Source: Antedon mediterranea (Eukaryota; Animalia; Echinodermata). Taken from it: a stretch of DNA of 64,000 bases. The notes under the pieces were generated by a model. It was not told the origin of the DNA, ran no database searches, and saw only the letters and a program-made list of their open reading frames with translations. Positions 13,540 through 27,275 of the stretch are shown here, in pieces; the first letter of the stretch is position 1, and every line of letters begins with the position of its first letter. Made by a program: the position numbers and the translations under genes. Where the stretch lies: assembly GCF_964355755.1 (NCBI RefSeq), contig NC_092673.1:35461648-35525647 (forward strand). Direction: 5' to 3'.

Positions 13540-14490
13540 AAATGGCCAAAATATACACTTTTTAAAATATTATAATTATGCGAAAATATTGCCATAGGCC
13601 TATATGCGTATATATTGTGTTATCATCGTCTATGATATAGTACAAGGATTTTTTTCCGAAATATCCACTTTTTAAAATGTCATAATTATGCGAAAATATT
13701 GCCATATATGCGTGTATATTGTGTTATCATCATCTTTTAGAGCCATATTAAATAGTTCTGTCAAAAAATAAAAGGGTCTAAATTTAGCCATTTTTCGAAA
13801 ATTTCCCTGTTCTATTATAGTACAGGGATATTTTTCGAGAAATGGCCAAAATAGCAATTTTTTAAATTCAATAATTATGAGATAATATTGCCATATATGC
13901 ACATATATTGCGTTATCATCATCTTATAGAGCCATAGTAACTAGTTATGTCAAAAAATAAAAGAGTCTAAATTTGGCTTTTTTTTTTGAAAATTTTCCTG
14001 TACTAACAGTACAGGGATTTTTTTTCGAAAAATAACCAAAATATCCACTTTTTAAAATTCAATACTTTCATTTCATTTCATCTCATTATTTATTTGGTCT
14101 ATTTAAGTATATACAAAACAAAAAAAACTAAGTGAACTTAATCACTGTAGCTGAGCCAGTTGACCCAACCCCAAAGTCAGTTTACACATAAAAGACGTAA
14201 AGACAAAATACAGTTACAGCGAATCAAAATGAATATGAACTTTTCTAATGAAGGCTGATGGGCTTTCTAGGACTGTCAGCATCTGTCAACGGTCTGGGAA
14301 GCTGGTTCCAGACACGGTAACCTAATTGCTATAGAATGGAAAAAAGCCTGTGTCCTTGATGCTTGATGTCTGAAGCACAAGCGATCATTGTGACTTATGA
14401 CTTATTATTATTATTATTGTGACTTATGTGAAAATATTGCCATATATGCGCATATATTGTGTTATCATCATCTTTTAGAGCCATACTAAA
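13540..14490. repeat. Degenerate internal repeats (aaaatattgccatatatgcg..tatattgtgttatcatc), probably the interior of a DNA transposon
   Basis: At least four copies of the motif. Confidence 0.55.
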
Positions 14491-14799
14491 TGAAATATTG
14501 AATATCGAAACGTAGCAGGCTATAGGCGCTTGACCTTTGACAAGATCGCCTGAAATTTATAAATTAAACTTACGATACTTATTATTGTATATTCAGGAAT
14601 AGCCGCTCCATAATATCTTTGCTTTTCTTCTTTATAATAATATTTTGTATTTTTAAATTTATACTAACAAATATATTTTTTTTAATATTATAATCATAAC
14701 AATAAATATTTTAAAAATATATATAAAATAATATTTATTGCATAATATACAGTCTAGGATAATTATTTGATATACAAAATCATTACACCCAACTTAGTT

Positions 14800-17540
14800 T
14801 TTAATAGAGATAGATCTATTAATAGAGATATCTCCAGAAAAACTAAGATATCTGGTCATTTACGAGAGGTGTGGTCGTTAAGAGAGGTGGTCGCTTACGA
14901 GAGGTGGTCGATTATGAGAAGCGGTTTCTTATGAGAGGAGGTGATCCCTTACAAGAGGTGGTCGATTATGAGAAGCGGTCCCATAAACAGAGATGGTAGC
15001 TTACGATGCATGGTCGTTTTAGAAAGTTAGTTGCTTATGAGAGGTGGAAAGACTGATAGGTAAGTAAAGATCGATGCATTTGCACATGATTTAGACATTT
15101 TTGTAAAATATATAAAATTTTCTACTTTAGCTGGCGATAGTAACTACATAAGCTGGGAGTATGGCGTGCCAAGCTGTCATTTATTCAAGCAATAGAGATA
15201 TCTTAGTTTTTAATAGAGATATCTTACTTTTAAATAGAGATATCTTACTTTTAAATAGATATCTCTATTAACAGAGATATCTCTATTTAAAACTAAGATA
15301 TCTCTATTAAAAACTAAGATATCTCTATTAAAAACTAAGATATCTTAGTTTTAAATAGAGATAACTCTATTAATAGAGATATCTCTATTAAAAACTAAGA
15401 TATCTTAGTTTTAAATAGAGATATCTTATATCTGGTCCCTTAAAAGAGGTGGTCATTTACGGGAGGTGTGGTCGTTAAGAGAGGTGGTCGCTTACGAGAG
15501 GTGGTCAATTATGAGAAGCGGTTCTTTATGAGAGGAGGTGATCCCTTACAAGAGGTGGTCGATTATGAGAAGCGGTCCCATAACAGAGATGGTAGCTTAC
15601 GATGCGTGGCCGTTTTAGAAAGTTAGTTGCTTACGAGAGGTGGAAAGACTGATAGGTAAGTAAAGATCCATGCATTTGCACATGATTTATTTTATTTTTA
15701 TTTTATTCATTTCGGCAATAAACATAAAATAATAATTTAAAAAAAAAAACAAAAAAACATAGAAATATATATATATATGAAATACAAGACACGAAGCCGA
15801 GAGACAAAAGCATTAAACAAAACGCTGTCACCGGTAAGGTGTGTCTCTCCAAATTTAGACATTTTTGTAAAATATATAAAATTGTCTACTTTAGCTGGCG
15901 ATAGTAACTACATAAGCTGGGAGTATGGTGCGCCAAGGTGTCATTTATTCAAGCAATAGAGATATCTTAGTTTTTAAAAGAGGTATCTTAGTTTAAATAG
16001 AGATATCTTAGTTTTAAATAGAGATAGAGATATCTCTATTAACAGAGATATCTCTATTTAAAACTAAGATATCTCTATTAAAAGCTAAGATATCTCTATT
16101 AAAAATTAAGATATCTTAGTTTTAAATAGAGATAACTCTATTAATAGAGATATCTCTATTAAAAATTAAGATATCTTAGTTTTAAATAGAGATATCTTAG
16201 TTTTTGATAGAGATGTCTCTGTTAATAGAGAAATCCCTATTAATAGAGATATCTCTATAAAAACTAAGATATCTGCTCCCTTAAAAGAGGTGGTCATTTA
16301 CGGGAGGTGAAGTTGTTAAGAGAGGTGGTCGCTTACGAGAGGTGGTCGATTATGAGAAGCGGTGCCTTATGAGAGGAGGTGATCCCTTACTAGAGGTGGT
16401 CCCATAACAGAGATGGTAGCTTACGATGCATGGTCGTTTTAGAAAGTTAGTTGCTTACGAGAGGTGGAAAGACTGATAGGTAAGTAAAGATCGATGCATT
16501 TGCACATGATTTAGACATTTTTGTAAAACATATAACATTTTCTACTTTAGCTGGCGATAGTAACTACATAAGCTGTCATTTATTCAAGCAATAGAGATAT
16601 CTTAGTTTTTAATAGAGATATCTTAGTTTTAAATAGAGATATCTTACTTTTAAATAGAGATATCTCTATTAATAGAGATATCTCTATTAATAGAGATATC
16701 TCTATTAACAGAGATATCTCTATTTAAAACTAAGATATCTCTATTAAAAACTAAGATATCTCTATTCAAAACTAAGATATCTCTATTCAAAACTAAGATA
16801 TCTTAGTTTTAAATATCTCTATTAAAAACTAAGATATCTTAGTTTTAAATAGAGATATCTTAGTTTTTAATAGAGATATCTCTGTTAATAGAGATTTATC
16901 TATTAATAGAGATATCTCTATAAAAACTAAGATATCTTATACTTGTTTTAATTGTATAGTTTTAATTGTATAGGTGTATTTTAAATTGTGTAACACAGTA
17001 ATACAAATTAATTAAATTTTTTATATATTCTGTATATTTTATATTCATTTTTAACTTGTATTAAGTTGTATGTTACAGGGGTTGCGGACACAAACGTGTT
17101 ATGGCGCTCTGTTGCTGTCGCAACCCCCGGACCGCTTGTTGTCGAATAAAGAAATGAAATGAAAATGAAATGATATCTGGTCCCTTAAAAGAGGTGGTCA
17201 TTTACGGGAGGTGTGGTCGTTAAGAGAGGTGGTCGCTTACGAGAGGTGGTCGATTTTGAGAAGCGGTTCCTTATGAGAGGAGGTGATCCCTTACTAGAGG
17301 TGGTCGATTATAAGAAGCGGTCCCATAACAGAGATGGTAGCTTACGATGCGTGGTCGTTTTAGAAAGTTAGTTGCTTACGAGAGGTGGAAAGACTTATAG
17401 GTAAGTAAAGATCGATGCATTTGCACATGATTTAGACATTTTTGTAAAATATATAACATTTTCTACTTTAGCTGGCGATAGTAACTACATAAGCTGGGAG
17501 TATGGCGCGCCAACCTGTCATTTATTCAAGTAATAGAGAT
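14800..17540. repeat. Complex higher-order tandem repeat: four copies of a gaggtggtcgcttacgagag block separated by palindromic aatagagatatctctatt micro-repeats
   Basis: Blocks at ~14850, 15430, 16280 and 17175. Confidence 0.85.
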
Positions 17541-18872
17541 ATATGCTATTGACTGAAAATGCACAGTAACAACCACTGTACTTCATTTACAATCCCCCTG
17601 CCCCATTTAACACAAGTATATGCTATTGACTGAAAATGTACAGTAACAACCACTGTACTTCATTTAAAACCCCCCTGCCCCAATTAACACTAGTATATGC
17701 TATTGACTGAAAATGCACAGTAACAACCACTGTACTTCATTTAAAACCCCCCTGCCCCAATTAACACAAGTATATGCTATTGACTGAAAATGCACAGTAA
17801 CAATCACTGTACTTCATTTACAACCCCCCTGCCCCAATTAACACAAGTATATGCTATTGACTGAAAATACACAGTAACAACCACTGTACTTCATTTACAA
17901 CCCCCCTGCCCCAATTAACACAAGTATATGCTATTGAATGAAAATGTACAGTAACAACCACTGTACTTCATTTACAACCCCCCTGCCCCAATTAACACAA
18001 GTATATGCTATTGACTGAAAATGCACAGTAACAACCACTGTACTTCATCTACAACCCCCCTGCCCCAATTAACACAAGTATATGCTATTGACTGAAAATG
18101 CACAGTAACAACCACTGTACTTCATTTACAACCCCCCTGCCCCAATTAACACAAGTATATGCTATTGACTGAAAATACACAGTAACAACCACTGTACTTC
18201 ATTTACAACCCCCCTGCCCCAATTAACACAAGTATATGTTGACTGAAAATGCACAGTAACAACCACTGTACTTCATTTACAACCCCCCTGCCCCAATTAA
18301 CACAAGTATATGCTATTGACTGAAAATACACAGTAACAACCACTGTACTTCATTTACAACCCCCCTGCCCCAATTAACACAAGTATATGTTGACTGAAAA
18401 TGCACAGTAACAACCACTGTACTTCATTTACAACCCCCCTGCCCCAATTAACACAAGTATATGCTATTGACTGAAAATGCACAGTAACAATCACTGTACT
18501 TCATTTACAACCCCCCTGCCCCAATTAACACAAGTATATGCTATTGACTGAAAATGCACAGTAACAACCACTGTACTTCATTTACAACTCCCCTGCCCCA
18601 ATTAACACAAGTATATGCTATTGACTGAAAATGCACAGTAACAACCACTGTACTTCATCTACAACTCCCCTGCCCCAATTAACACAAGTATATGCTATTG
18701 ACTGAAAATGCACAGTAACAACCACTGTTCTTCATTTACAACCCCCCTGCCCCAATTAACACAAGTATATGCTATTGACTGAAAATGCACAGTAACAACC
18801 ACTGTACTTCATTTACAACCCCCTGCCTCAATTAACACAAGTATATGCTATTATTTACTGAAAATGCACAGT
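17540..18872. repeat. 77-bp minisatellite (aagtatatgctattgactgaaaatgcacagtaacaaccactgtacttcatttacaacccccctgccccaattaacac)
   Basis: About 17 copies; 77-bp period measured (17615->17692). Confidence 0.95.
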
Positions 18873-19020
18873 ATAATAATATGACATATTGTTTAGAAAT
18901 ATTATAACATAATTTGTATAATATTCACTCAATCACAATGAATAAAGCATTTACATTTATATTACCAAAGATTATGATAACAAACAAATATTAGTATTAA
19001 AGTAAAAAAATATTCCATCC

Positions 19021-19830
19021 ATTTTATTTTATTTATTTATTTTATTTTATTCAAACTCATTCAACAGCGGGAAACCCGCCCCTTACAGAATGGAATAAAC
19101 TATACCATATAAAAATATATATAAATCATCTTAAAATCTAGCAATACAAATTTATACAATTTTACTAATTTTATTACAAAAACAATTATAAACAAAACGG
19201 CACATAAAGAAGATTACATTTGGAATTACGAGTACGACAACCAACAGCTTTAACATGAAAGGAAAACAAGGAGATAAAATTACAATTGAAACGGGAATTC
19301 ATACATTTATACAAAAACTGAAGATCGAACATAGAACGACGAGAGACAAGCGAAGGAAGAGAGACAGACAAAGGAGGACAGTGACAAGTAGAATACACAA
19401 AACGAACAAAACGATCTTGGACTCTTTGAAGACGGGTACTATGAACAGACGAAAACGAATTAGACACAACACTACAGTATTCAAGATGGGGACGGACAAG
19501 AGAAACATATAAATTAATTAAAGTATTAGAATTTTTAAAACACCAGCAATTACGACGTATCATGCCTAACATTCTATTTGCATGACTAACAGCAGCATCA
19601 ACTTGAGGAATAAAATTTAAGTTACAGTCGATAATAATACCAAGATCTTTATGACGATCAATTCTTTCCAAAACATGATTATTAATGCTGTAATCATATT
19701 GGATATATTGTCTTTTCTTAGTAATCGTCATAATTTTGCATTTTGGTAAGTTTAAACTCAGCTTCCAGGTGGTGGTCCATCTGAAGAGTGTACCAAGGTC
19801 ATTTTGAAGGGAAACAGTATCATTAGGGCC
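19021..19830 (-). mobile_element. 5'-truncated LINE (CR1/L2/Jockey-type ORF2 C-terminus)
   Basis: ORF 19186..19731 with KDLGIIIDCNLNF, ANRMLGMIRR, LYVSLVRPHLEYCSVV; (aataa)n tail at ~19021-19050. Confidence 0.85.
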
Positions 19831-20194
19831 ATTTGTAACAACCTGATTTTATTAAGTTTAAAACTTTTGCGAAAGTTTCACATTATTACAGTATTAAGAA
19901 ACGACAACTTTAAATAACCAAACATTATCATAAATAAATCAAAATGATGTACAGTTAATACTAAATTCAGGCACTTTGTCATCAGTATAAAAATATTAAT
20001 TTTTCATATACGAGATATATTGAGGTAATGTCAGTTAATTTGTGTTCGTTTTTTTTTGGCTGCCATATGCATCCGTAATTTTCAATTTATATTATTTTAA
20101 ATGGTCTCAAGTCAAAAATGAAAATGCCTCTAAAGTATCTGAATCATGCAGTTTAATGAATGTCAAATTAAGCTGCACTTAAATAACATAGCAG

Positions 20195-21839
20195 TTATAC
20201 ATAGTAAAATTCACCATTTATACTCTGGAAGTGTTGCCTCCTATCCTGCACTATATCATTAGGTAAATAACACCACTGCATGTTAAGCTTTTTCAGTTTA
20301 GGAGAAATAGCCAGTAATGTGGTAAGTAAACAAACTGTGATATTCGTGAGAGTATTCTCACGGATATCAAGATTATCTAATTCCAACACTAGGTTCCTAT
20401 TGACACATTCCCTCACCATAGCATCTATGATAACACCTGACAGCCTGCAGTAGCTTATGTTAAGTGTTTTCAGTTTAGGACAAATAGCCAGTAATGTGCC
20501 AAGTGAAGAACCTGTGATATCATTGAGTGAATTCCCAACGATATTAAGATTATCTAATTCCAACACTAGGTTCCTATTGACACATTCCCTCACCATAGCA
20601 CCTATGATAACTCCCGACAGCCAGCAGTTCTACTGTATATGTTAGGTGTTTTCAGTTTAGGAGAAATAGCCAGTAATGTGCCAAGTGAAGAATCTGTGAT
20701 ATCATTGAAATTATTCTCACGGATATCAAGACTATTTAATTCCAACATTAGGTTCCTATTGACACATTCTCTCACCATAGCATCTATGGTAACAACTGAC
20801 AGATTGCAGTAGCTTATGTTAAGTGTTTTCAGTTTAGGACAAATAGCCAGTAATGTGCCAAGTACAGAACCTGTGATATCACTGAGAGTATTCTCATGGA
20901 TATAAAGACTATCTAATTCCAACACTAGGTTCCTATTGACACATTCCCTCACCATAGCACCTATGATAACACCTGACAGATCGCATCTGTACATGTTAAG
21001 TGTTTTCAGTTTAGGAGAAATAGCCAGTAATGTGCCAAGTGAAGAACCTGTGATATAATTGAGAAAATTCCCATGGATATCAAGATTATCTAATTCCAAC
21101 ACCAGGTTCCTATTGACACATTCCCTCACCATAGCATCTATGGTAACACCTGAAAGCCTGCAGTAGCTTATGTTAAGTGTTTTCAGTTTAGGACAAATAG
21201 CCAGTAATGTGCCAAGTGAAGAATCTGTGATATCATTGAGAGTATTCTCATGGATATCAAGGTTCTCTAATTCCAACACTACTCCTTTCTTTGATAGTGC
21301 ATCAACAGTATCATTCAAAGTTACACCTGTTAATTTACGTAATTGAAGCATTTTGAGTCGTGGTGCATTAATCAACAAATGAATTAAAAATGATGTAGAA
21401 AGAAGCAAACCTGTATCAATTGCATAATACATGTTTTTCCTATGTTGAAAAGCTTCTATATTGTATTTAAAGGTGTATTTACTACATTCAGTAGACAGAC
21501 ATTTCACCACATCATCAGTACATGATTGACTGATTTTAAGCAACACAATCCCTTCATCTTTTACAGCAATCAAAACATGAGCTAGCATTCTACCAATGTC
21601 TTTTGATGGTTCCTGTCGAATCCATTCCCATCTATACCTATGTTTCCATTTTTCATCCTCATTCAGACTATTTATCATCTTTATGATACCCTGATCTGTT
21701 TTAAAGCTCTTACCACGTCTCATGTAAGTGCAAAATCTTCTTACAGAGTTACATATCTCATCTACAGCATGTTCATCTGTCATTGTGTCTTGACTTAGTA
21801 GCTGTTGATGTAAAGTTGAGGGCTCACTATCATCAATAC
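20195..21839 (-). CDS. Gene A terminal exon: ribonuclease-inhibitor/NLR-type LRR array (177-nt, 59-aa double LRR unit), broken by a +5-nt frameshift at ~20629-20637
   Basis: ORFs 20602..21783 and 20195..20596; phase-1 acceptor at 21840-41; unit spacings 177,182,177,177. Confidence 0.8.
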
Positions 21840-22148
21840 CTGTAAAAGAAATTCATTTAATAATAATAAGACACGGTGGAACCAGACAATGGGTGTGCAG
21901 CAATTTGATATAAATATATTTACAGGATCTCATGTCAACTATTACAATATTAACTGTATAATAGGTTTAAAAAATATAAACACACAATTCTTAAATTGTA
22001 TTTTTAGATGTAAACAATTTTTAATTATATTCTGTAATTAAATGTTTAATAAAAAGCAAAATATGAATAAAAACATTTTATTTTCCTTTAAAAAATAAAT
22101 AATAATAATAATAACAATACATATATTACATTTACTTTTTTTAATTAC

Positions 22149-22250
22149 CTTTAAATAGTTTCATTTCTTTTGGTGATGTCTCAGAATCTGTTTTAACAGA
22201 ACATTTTTTCTCTACAAACATTTCTCTTACATAGTCTCTTAATGTTGTCT
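22149..22250 (-). CDS. Gene A exon (102 nt, phase 1-1)
   Basis: tttgatag|...AAA G|gtaatt; open frame TTLRDYVREMFVEKKCSVKTDSETSPKEMKLFK. Confidence 0.65.
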
Positions 22251-22383
22251 CTATCAAAGAAATCAAATATCAAATTATGTATTATATAAAAAGTATTTAT
22301 ATTTTGTTTTAATACGTAAAAATAGTAAAATAATTTTAGTTTTTCATTTAAAATTAAAATACATGATTTATTGTCAGTCTTAC

Positions 22384-22434
22384 TCTTTTTTGATTTTCTT
22401 GGTTTCTTTGCTTTAACTTGATCTTCTGACTCAT
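22384..22434 (-). CDS. Gene A Lys-rich micro-exon (51 nt, phase 1-1)
   Basis: ttag|..ESEDQVKAKKPRKSKK|gtaag; duplicate of 24227..24277. Confidence 0.6.
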
Positions 22435-22481
22435 CTAATAAAACAAGAGGAAATACTACAAATTAACTTTAATTCTTTAAA

Positions 22482-23796
22482 CTAGAGGGTGAGCTCGCTT
22501 CGCTCGCTCCCCCTCTAGGAAGTGTAGACGATGGTTCTCGGAATGATAATGTTCTCCTTATACATTTTCTGTCGGTTACCATTATTGAAAATGCTTGACA
22601 TTCGTAAAACTAAACTACTTTGTTTCACAGTGTTTTAGATGATTAATAACATTTTAAAGTATAGTTTTTATTGTTCCCTTTGGGGAGGCGGAGGTCATTT
22701 GAGGGAGGTGCTTATTCGAGGGATATATGTTAAATTTTTTAGTTTTAATAATAATGGTAACATTTATAATCAAATGAAATCCTCTAATACAGTAGATATG
22801 AAAAGTGGTAAAAAAGAATAACAAATGCTTGGTAAATTTTGTAGATAACAGTGCGGTGAATTCTACTACAAATAGTTGTGTTATTATAAATATGTGGATG
22901 AACGTTTATTGGATAGTTGGGTTGGGGGGGGGGGGGTTATTATTCAAAGTGATGTTTTATTGGAGAGGCGTTTATTCAAATGAATACCATCCTAATAATT
23001 ATTAATACATTATTTAATTTAATCATCTTTTGAAACTGCCGTAACAGAGTGGGCCCAAGAAAGAAGACACGGCTTGCAACATGTGCAGACATCTCGGTCC
23101 TAACGGGACACAGGAAGATAGCCTACAGTTATTCCTGCAAGCTTACTCAATAAAACTCAGCTATCGGGATTTCACTCGAAAAATGTCTTATCATCAAATC
23201 TCCCTATGTAATTTTATAATACTATTCCCCACAATATATTCTGATTCTTTATGACGTATATTTAATTTGATCTTTATTAATTTGCAGTATAATTTAACTA
23301 CTGTACCTTCACACACGCGTGGTATGTTTTAAAATAAACAAACAACTGAAATGGCTATGACTCCTACTATCTGATTTTTTTTTCGTCTTCCAAAGGGACA
23401 CTGTATTGATTGATGGAAAGTGCCTGTTTCCAGTCACCTTTAGGGTCAAATCTATTATTTTAACTGCTCCCTTGTGTTTAAAAGAGAGAAAATATTTGAA
23501 ACCAGGTCGTTGGAAGGTGAACTTATCTTAAACCCGGAAATTACTTTGACCGGGAAGAATTGAAATTGAGAGGAAAATCTAATGTTGAAATCATAAATGT
23601 TGTTAAAAAACTCTTTATAATATCTTCCTAAGATATAAATATGGAACAATAGCGTCGGCGTGCACACTAATGTTATCAAATCTACGTTTCGCGGTACATC
23701 TCGGATAGATAAGGTAGGTATCCAAGGCGGAGATTTGTACCGAAGTTTTTGCATTGTGCTCGCCTATGTCAGAATTAACCATAATTTATATATAGA
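22482..23796 (-). mobile_element. Non-autonomous Helitron
   Basis: On the minus strand begins TCTATATAT and ends in a GC hairpin + CTAG; inserted between A and T with no TSD. The empty site (ttctttaaatgtccc) is visible in the duplicated intron at ~24316-24330. Confidence 0.85.
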
Positions 23797-23988
23797 TGTC
23801 CCTTTTATTTCCATTTTCTCATATAAGGTTTCAGTAAATGGTGTTTCCAGTGTTTTTCAAGCTTTGGTTTAGATTGACTAATTGTTGCTAAAGATACTGC
23901 TGCTTCTGGTAATTTTCCAGTTAATTTAAAAAGACTCAGCTCCCAAAACAATTTACTTTCACACATCTCATGGTTACAGTATATTTAC

Positions 23989-24048
23989 TCTTTCTTGGTT
24001 TCTTTGAATCGTCTGACCTCTTTGCTTTAAATGGATCTTCTTCTTCAC
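23989..24048 (-). CDS. Gene A micro-exon (60 nt, phase 1-1)
   Basis: aatag|..EEEDPFKAKRSDDSKKPRK|gtaaat; duplicate of 24518..24586. Confidence 0.6.
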
Positions 24049-24226
24049 CTATTAAAAAACAAGAGAAAATGTGAAATGATGTACTGTATTATCCATATCT
24101 TCTATATTTAAATTTAAAATATTACGATTTTTAAATCATTGATTGTAGCACAAATATGTTTACAGAATCACAAACAATGAGGTTTGTTGTTTAAAATTAA
24201 AATACATGATTTATTGTCTGTCTTAC

Positions 24227-24277
24227 TCTTTTTTGATTTTCTTGGTTTCTTTGCTTTAACTTGATCTTCTGACTCAT
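24227..24277 (-). CDS. Gene A micro-exon (51 nt, phase 1-1)
   Basis: Same sequence and splice sites as 22384..22434. Confidence 0.6.
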
Positions 24278-24517
24278 CTAATAAAACAAGAGGAAATACT
24301 ACAAATTAACTTTAATTCTTTAAATGTCCCTTTTATTTCCATTTTCTCATATAAGATTTCAGTAAATGGTGTTTCCAGTGTTTTTCAAGCTTTGGTTTAG
24401 ATTGACTAATTGTTGCTAAAGATACTGCTGCTTCTGGTAATTTTCCAGTTTAATTTAAAAAGACTCAGCTCCCAAAACAATTTACTTTCACACACTTCAT
24501 GGTTACAGTATACTTAC

Positions 24518-24586
24518 TCTTTCTTGATTTTCTTGGTTTCTTTGAATCGTCTGACCTCTTTGCTTTAAATGGATCTTCTTCTTCAC
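24518..24586 (-). CDS. Gene A micro-exon (69 nt, phase 1-1)
   Basis: aatag|..EEEDPFKAKRSDDSKKPRKSRK|gtaagt. Confidence 0.6.
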
Positions 24587-25186
24587 CTATTAAAAAACAA
24601 GAGAAAATGTGAAATGATGTATTATCCATATCTTCTATATTTAAATTTAAAATATTACAATTTTTAAATCATTGATTGTAGCACAAATATGTTTACAGGA
24701 TCACAAACAATGAGGTTTGTTGTTTTAGAAATCTCTCATTGTAAGTTTTTTTTTTCATTTCATTTATTTTGTCTCATAAAAATACAATATAAAAAAACAT
24801 GGACATGAACAAGAAGACATCACACAAAACCAGGAAGAGACAGGATTGCTCAAAAACGAAATTAATAACTATATAGTAGGTCTTCTATTGCACTAACCGA
24901 GTGACAGATATTGCTCTCACATGCCATGAGATATCAAACAATAAATGGTGCTGAAATGTAATGTTTTTTTAAATAAATAGTATGGAGTGGTTTTAAATAC
25001 TAATTAATAGATTTTACTTAATTATTTCTCCTTTTTTTTATCTTATGTATAATAAAGAATTTGTAAAATGTGGAATGCTTTAGATATTTTGGTTTGATTA
25101 ACTAGTAATGAATAAAATATTGATTGCATTATAATATAATAAATTATTATCCTAATTCAAACTGCCATTACATAAAATATGCATAC

Positions 25187-25714
25187 ATTTTGATAGACCT
25201 TCTTCAGGTTCTCCAAGCTTCAAGATACCCAATTTCTCGATAAATAGTTGCATCTTTCCTTCACTGATGATCTGTCTGTTTTCAAGATCATTAATCAGAC
25301 ACCATTTATCTTCATAAGATGTTGGTGCCTCATTAACAAGATCACTGATGGATTCCACATTTTTTGTGGTCAGCTTATTTCCAAATTCTACCAACACGCA
25401 TCTGTGACGACTGAATTTTGAAACCGAAATCTCCTCGACATTTGGGAAAGTTACAACTTCCTCTTGAATTTTTCTTACTAATTCAAATTCTCCTGTAGCA
25501 TTGATGGTGTCGAAAAACAATGTGAGATCTTTGCTCGTCAGATGATTAGATTCAATTAAGAATTCCAGCAGGTCTCTTGTGCTAGATGCCTTTTCTAGCA
25601 TATGAGGGAGCAGAAGGTCTTTGTACAAGGTTTTCAGCAAACTGAGTAAATCCTTCTTGTCATACCAGCGAGAAAATTCTGCTTTAATGTAGGTAAAAAT
25701 ATAATCTCGTAATC
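25187..25714 (-). CDS. Gene A exon: tandem death-effector-domain (DED)-like module
   Basis: 528 nt, phase 1-1; LLKTLYKDLL...STRDLLEFLIESNHLTSKDLTLFFDTI and LINDLENRQIISEGKMQLF match the DED L..LE....I...N...L pattern. Confidence 0.7.
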
Positions 25715-26765
25715 CTAGATTGAAAAGAAAAGTTGTAGTAAAAATTATTTCAACGTATTTGTTTTCAGAAAAAGAACAACTATGAAATATTTGGCTTCTT
25801 CCGTTAAAATCATGCTCTCAATTGACATTGTCTATAACTATTTAAAGTACCTTGCTTTGATAAGATGTGAACTAATAATAATTTCAAAAGAAAAAATTGA
25901 AATATTGTAATCACTGACATTTTAAATATTTAGTTGCACAGTACTGTATGCATACTTTATTATGTAAGATATCAATAGAAAAATATTCAATGTAAATTAT
26001 ATCCATGACAGAACTGGTAATAAACCCTGCCAGGCATCATTGTAAAATGGTCTCCTAACACAAACATTACCCAAGAGCACCACAGCACAACCACTCATCA
26101 TACAATAAACTCATTTTATATAGCGTAACTTTCAACATGCCAGTACATTAGTCAAAGTTTTTGAATAATCCAGTCATTGTGTACCATGATGATCACCAAA
26201 TGTCAAATTGGTTTCATAAACCGCCTATTATACCTAATGCAGACTATAGTCGCACTTTTATTTTTATCATCTGTTTATATCATTTAAAATGACCTGAAAC
26301 GTGTAGAAAGTTTAGAAATTTATTTTGAGCGAAAATACCAATGTTCAAAATGTTTCTGATGATATAGGAAGATGACCCTTGACATACAGTATACGTGTGT
26401 CAAGTGGTATTTAAAAATATCTACGCGACCATATTTTCATTAAATCAAAGTTACGTGCACAAACAACTACATATATACGTGCATCTGCTGGCTAAGTTAC
26501 AACATAACTGCTTTCGCCGTTTTAGAGATCTGCCACCAACAAAAAATGATTAAACAAAAAATTCTCTGGACAATAATCGCTCTTCTGAGAGCTATAGCCT
26601 AATAATTTTCAGGTTGTTTAAAATTGTTGTAAGAGATGTTGACGTTTTTTCAATTAGTCTCATAGGCTATGGGATAAGTGAACATTAGACATTAATAAGT
26701 ATAATTGTAAGATCTGGAGTTTTGTTTGAAAATCAACCTTATTGCCCACAAAGAATACAACTTAC

Positions 26766-26816
26766 CTAGCTGTGGACTTAAAGACCTCTTAAATTCTTCT
26801 GATATTCCAACCTTAT
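26766..26816 (-). CDS. Gene A micro-exon (51 nt, phase 1-1)
   Basis: ttacag|..KVGISEEFKRSLSPQL G|gtaag. Confidence 0.6.
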
Positions 26817-27204
26817 CTGTAAAATATAGTTGTTTTAACATCAAATAGCTATGAATTTATTGCCAATAATACTTTTAAAAAACCCACAAATTCTCTTCAA
26901 TACACAGCATTGATAAAGTATACAGCAACACAGTACAATCCAAATCAAAGTTAGCCACTGTTAAAAACTGGGTGAATCTAGACATTTTCAAGAGGGCGTC
27001 CAACCATCTGGGAATAGCGGGTTCTGTATACGGAGCTGGGGTCCCGTTAGGCATTTGAAATCAGCACTGCTGACTCTTATGGCAGCCCCTGCATCTAGTA
27101 TCTGTCTCAGACCTCTGGTCAAGGTGGGCACTGGACGAGAGAAGCCCTTGATCAATGTCAGGACCAATCAAGGTGCTTTAAACAGTCCTGGCTTTGTTTG
27201 TATC

Positions 27205-27275
27205 AAACCTGTTAGTGGCGGTAATTATCGCTGTTGGTTTCGATTGAATAAAATAAATAAAAAAATAAATAAAAC
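27205..27275 (+). mobile_element. Retroposon 3' tail shared with the LINE at 36850-37520
   Basis: caaacctgttagtggcggta.ttatcgctgttggttt..a.tgaataaaata occurs at both ~27204 and ~37449. Confidence 0.6.

Noticed and set aside
17540-18872. Regular array resembling CRISPR (also 40900-42727 and 61868-63115)
   Set aside because: No unique spacers and a eukaryotic context; ordinary minisatellites
19255-19512. Basic ORF on + strand (also 46519, 47225, 9829, 20457, 28284, 42694)
   Set aside because: Antisense shadows of real coding or TE sequences
23455-23872. ORFs inside the Helitron
   Set aside because: No Rep/helicase motifs; non-coding interior
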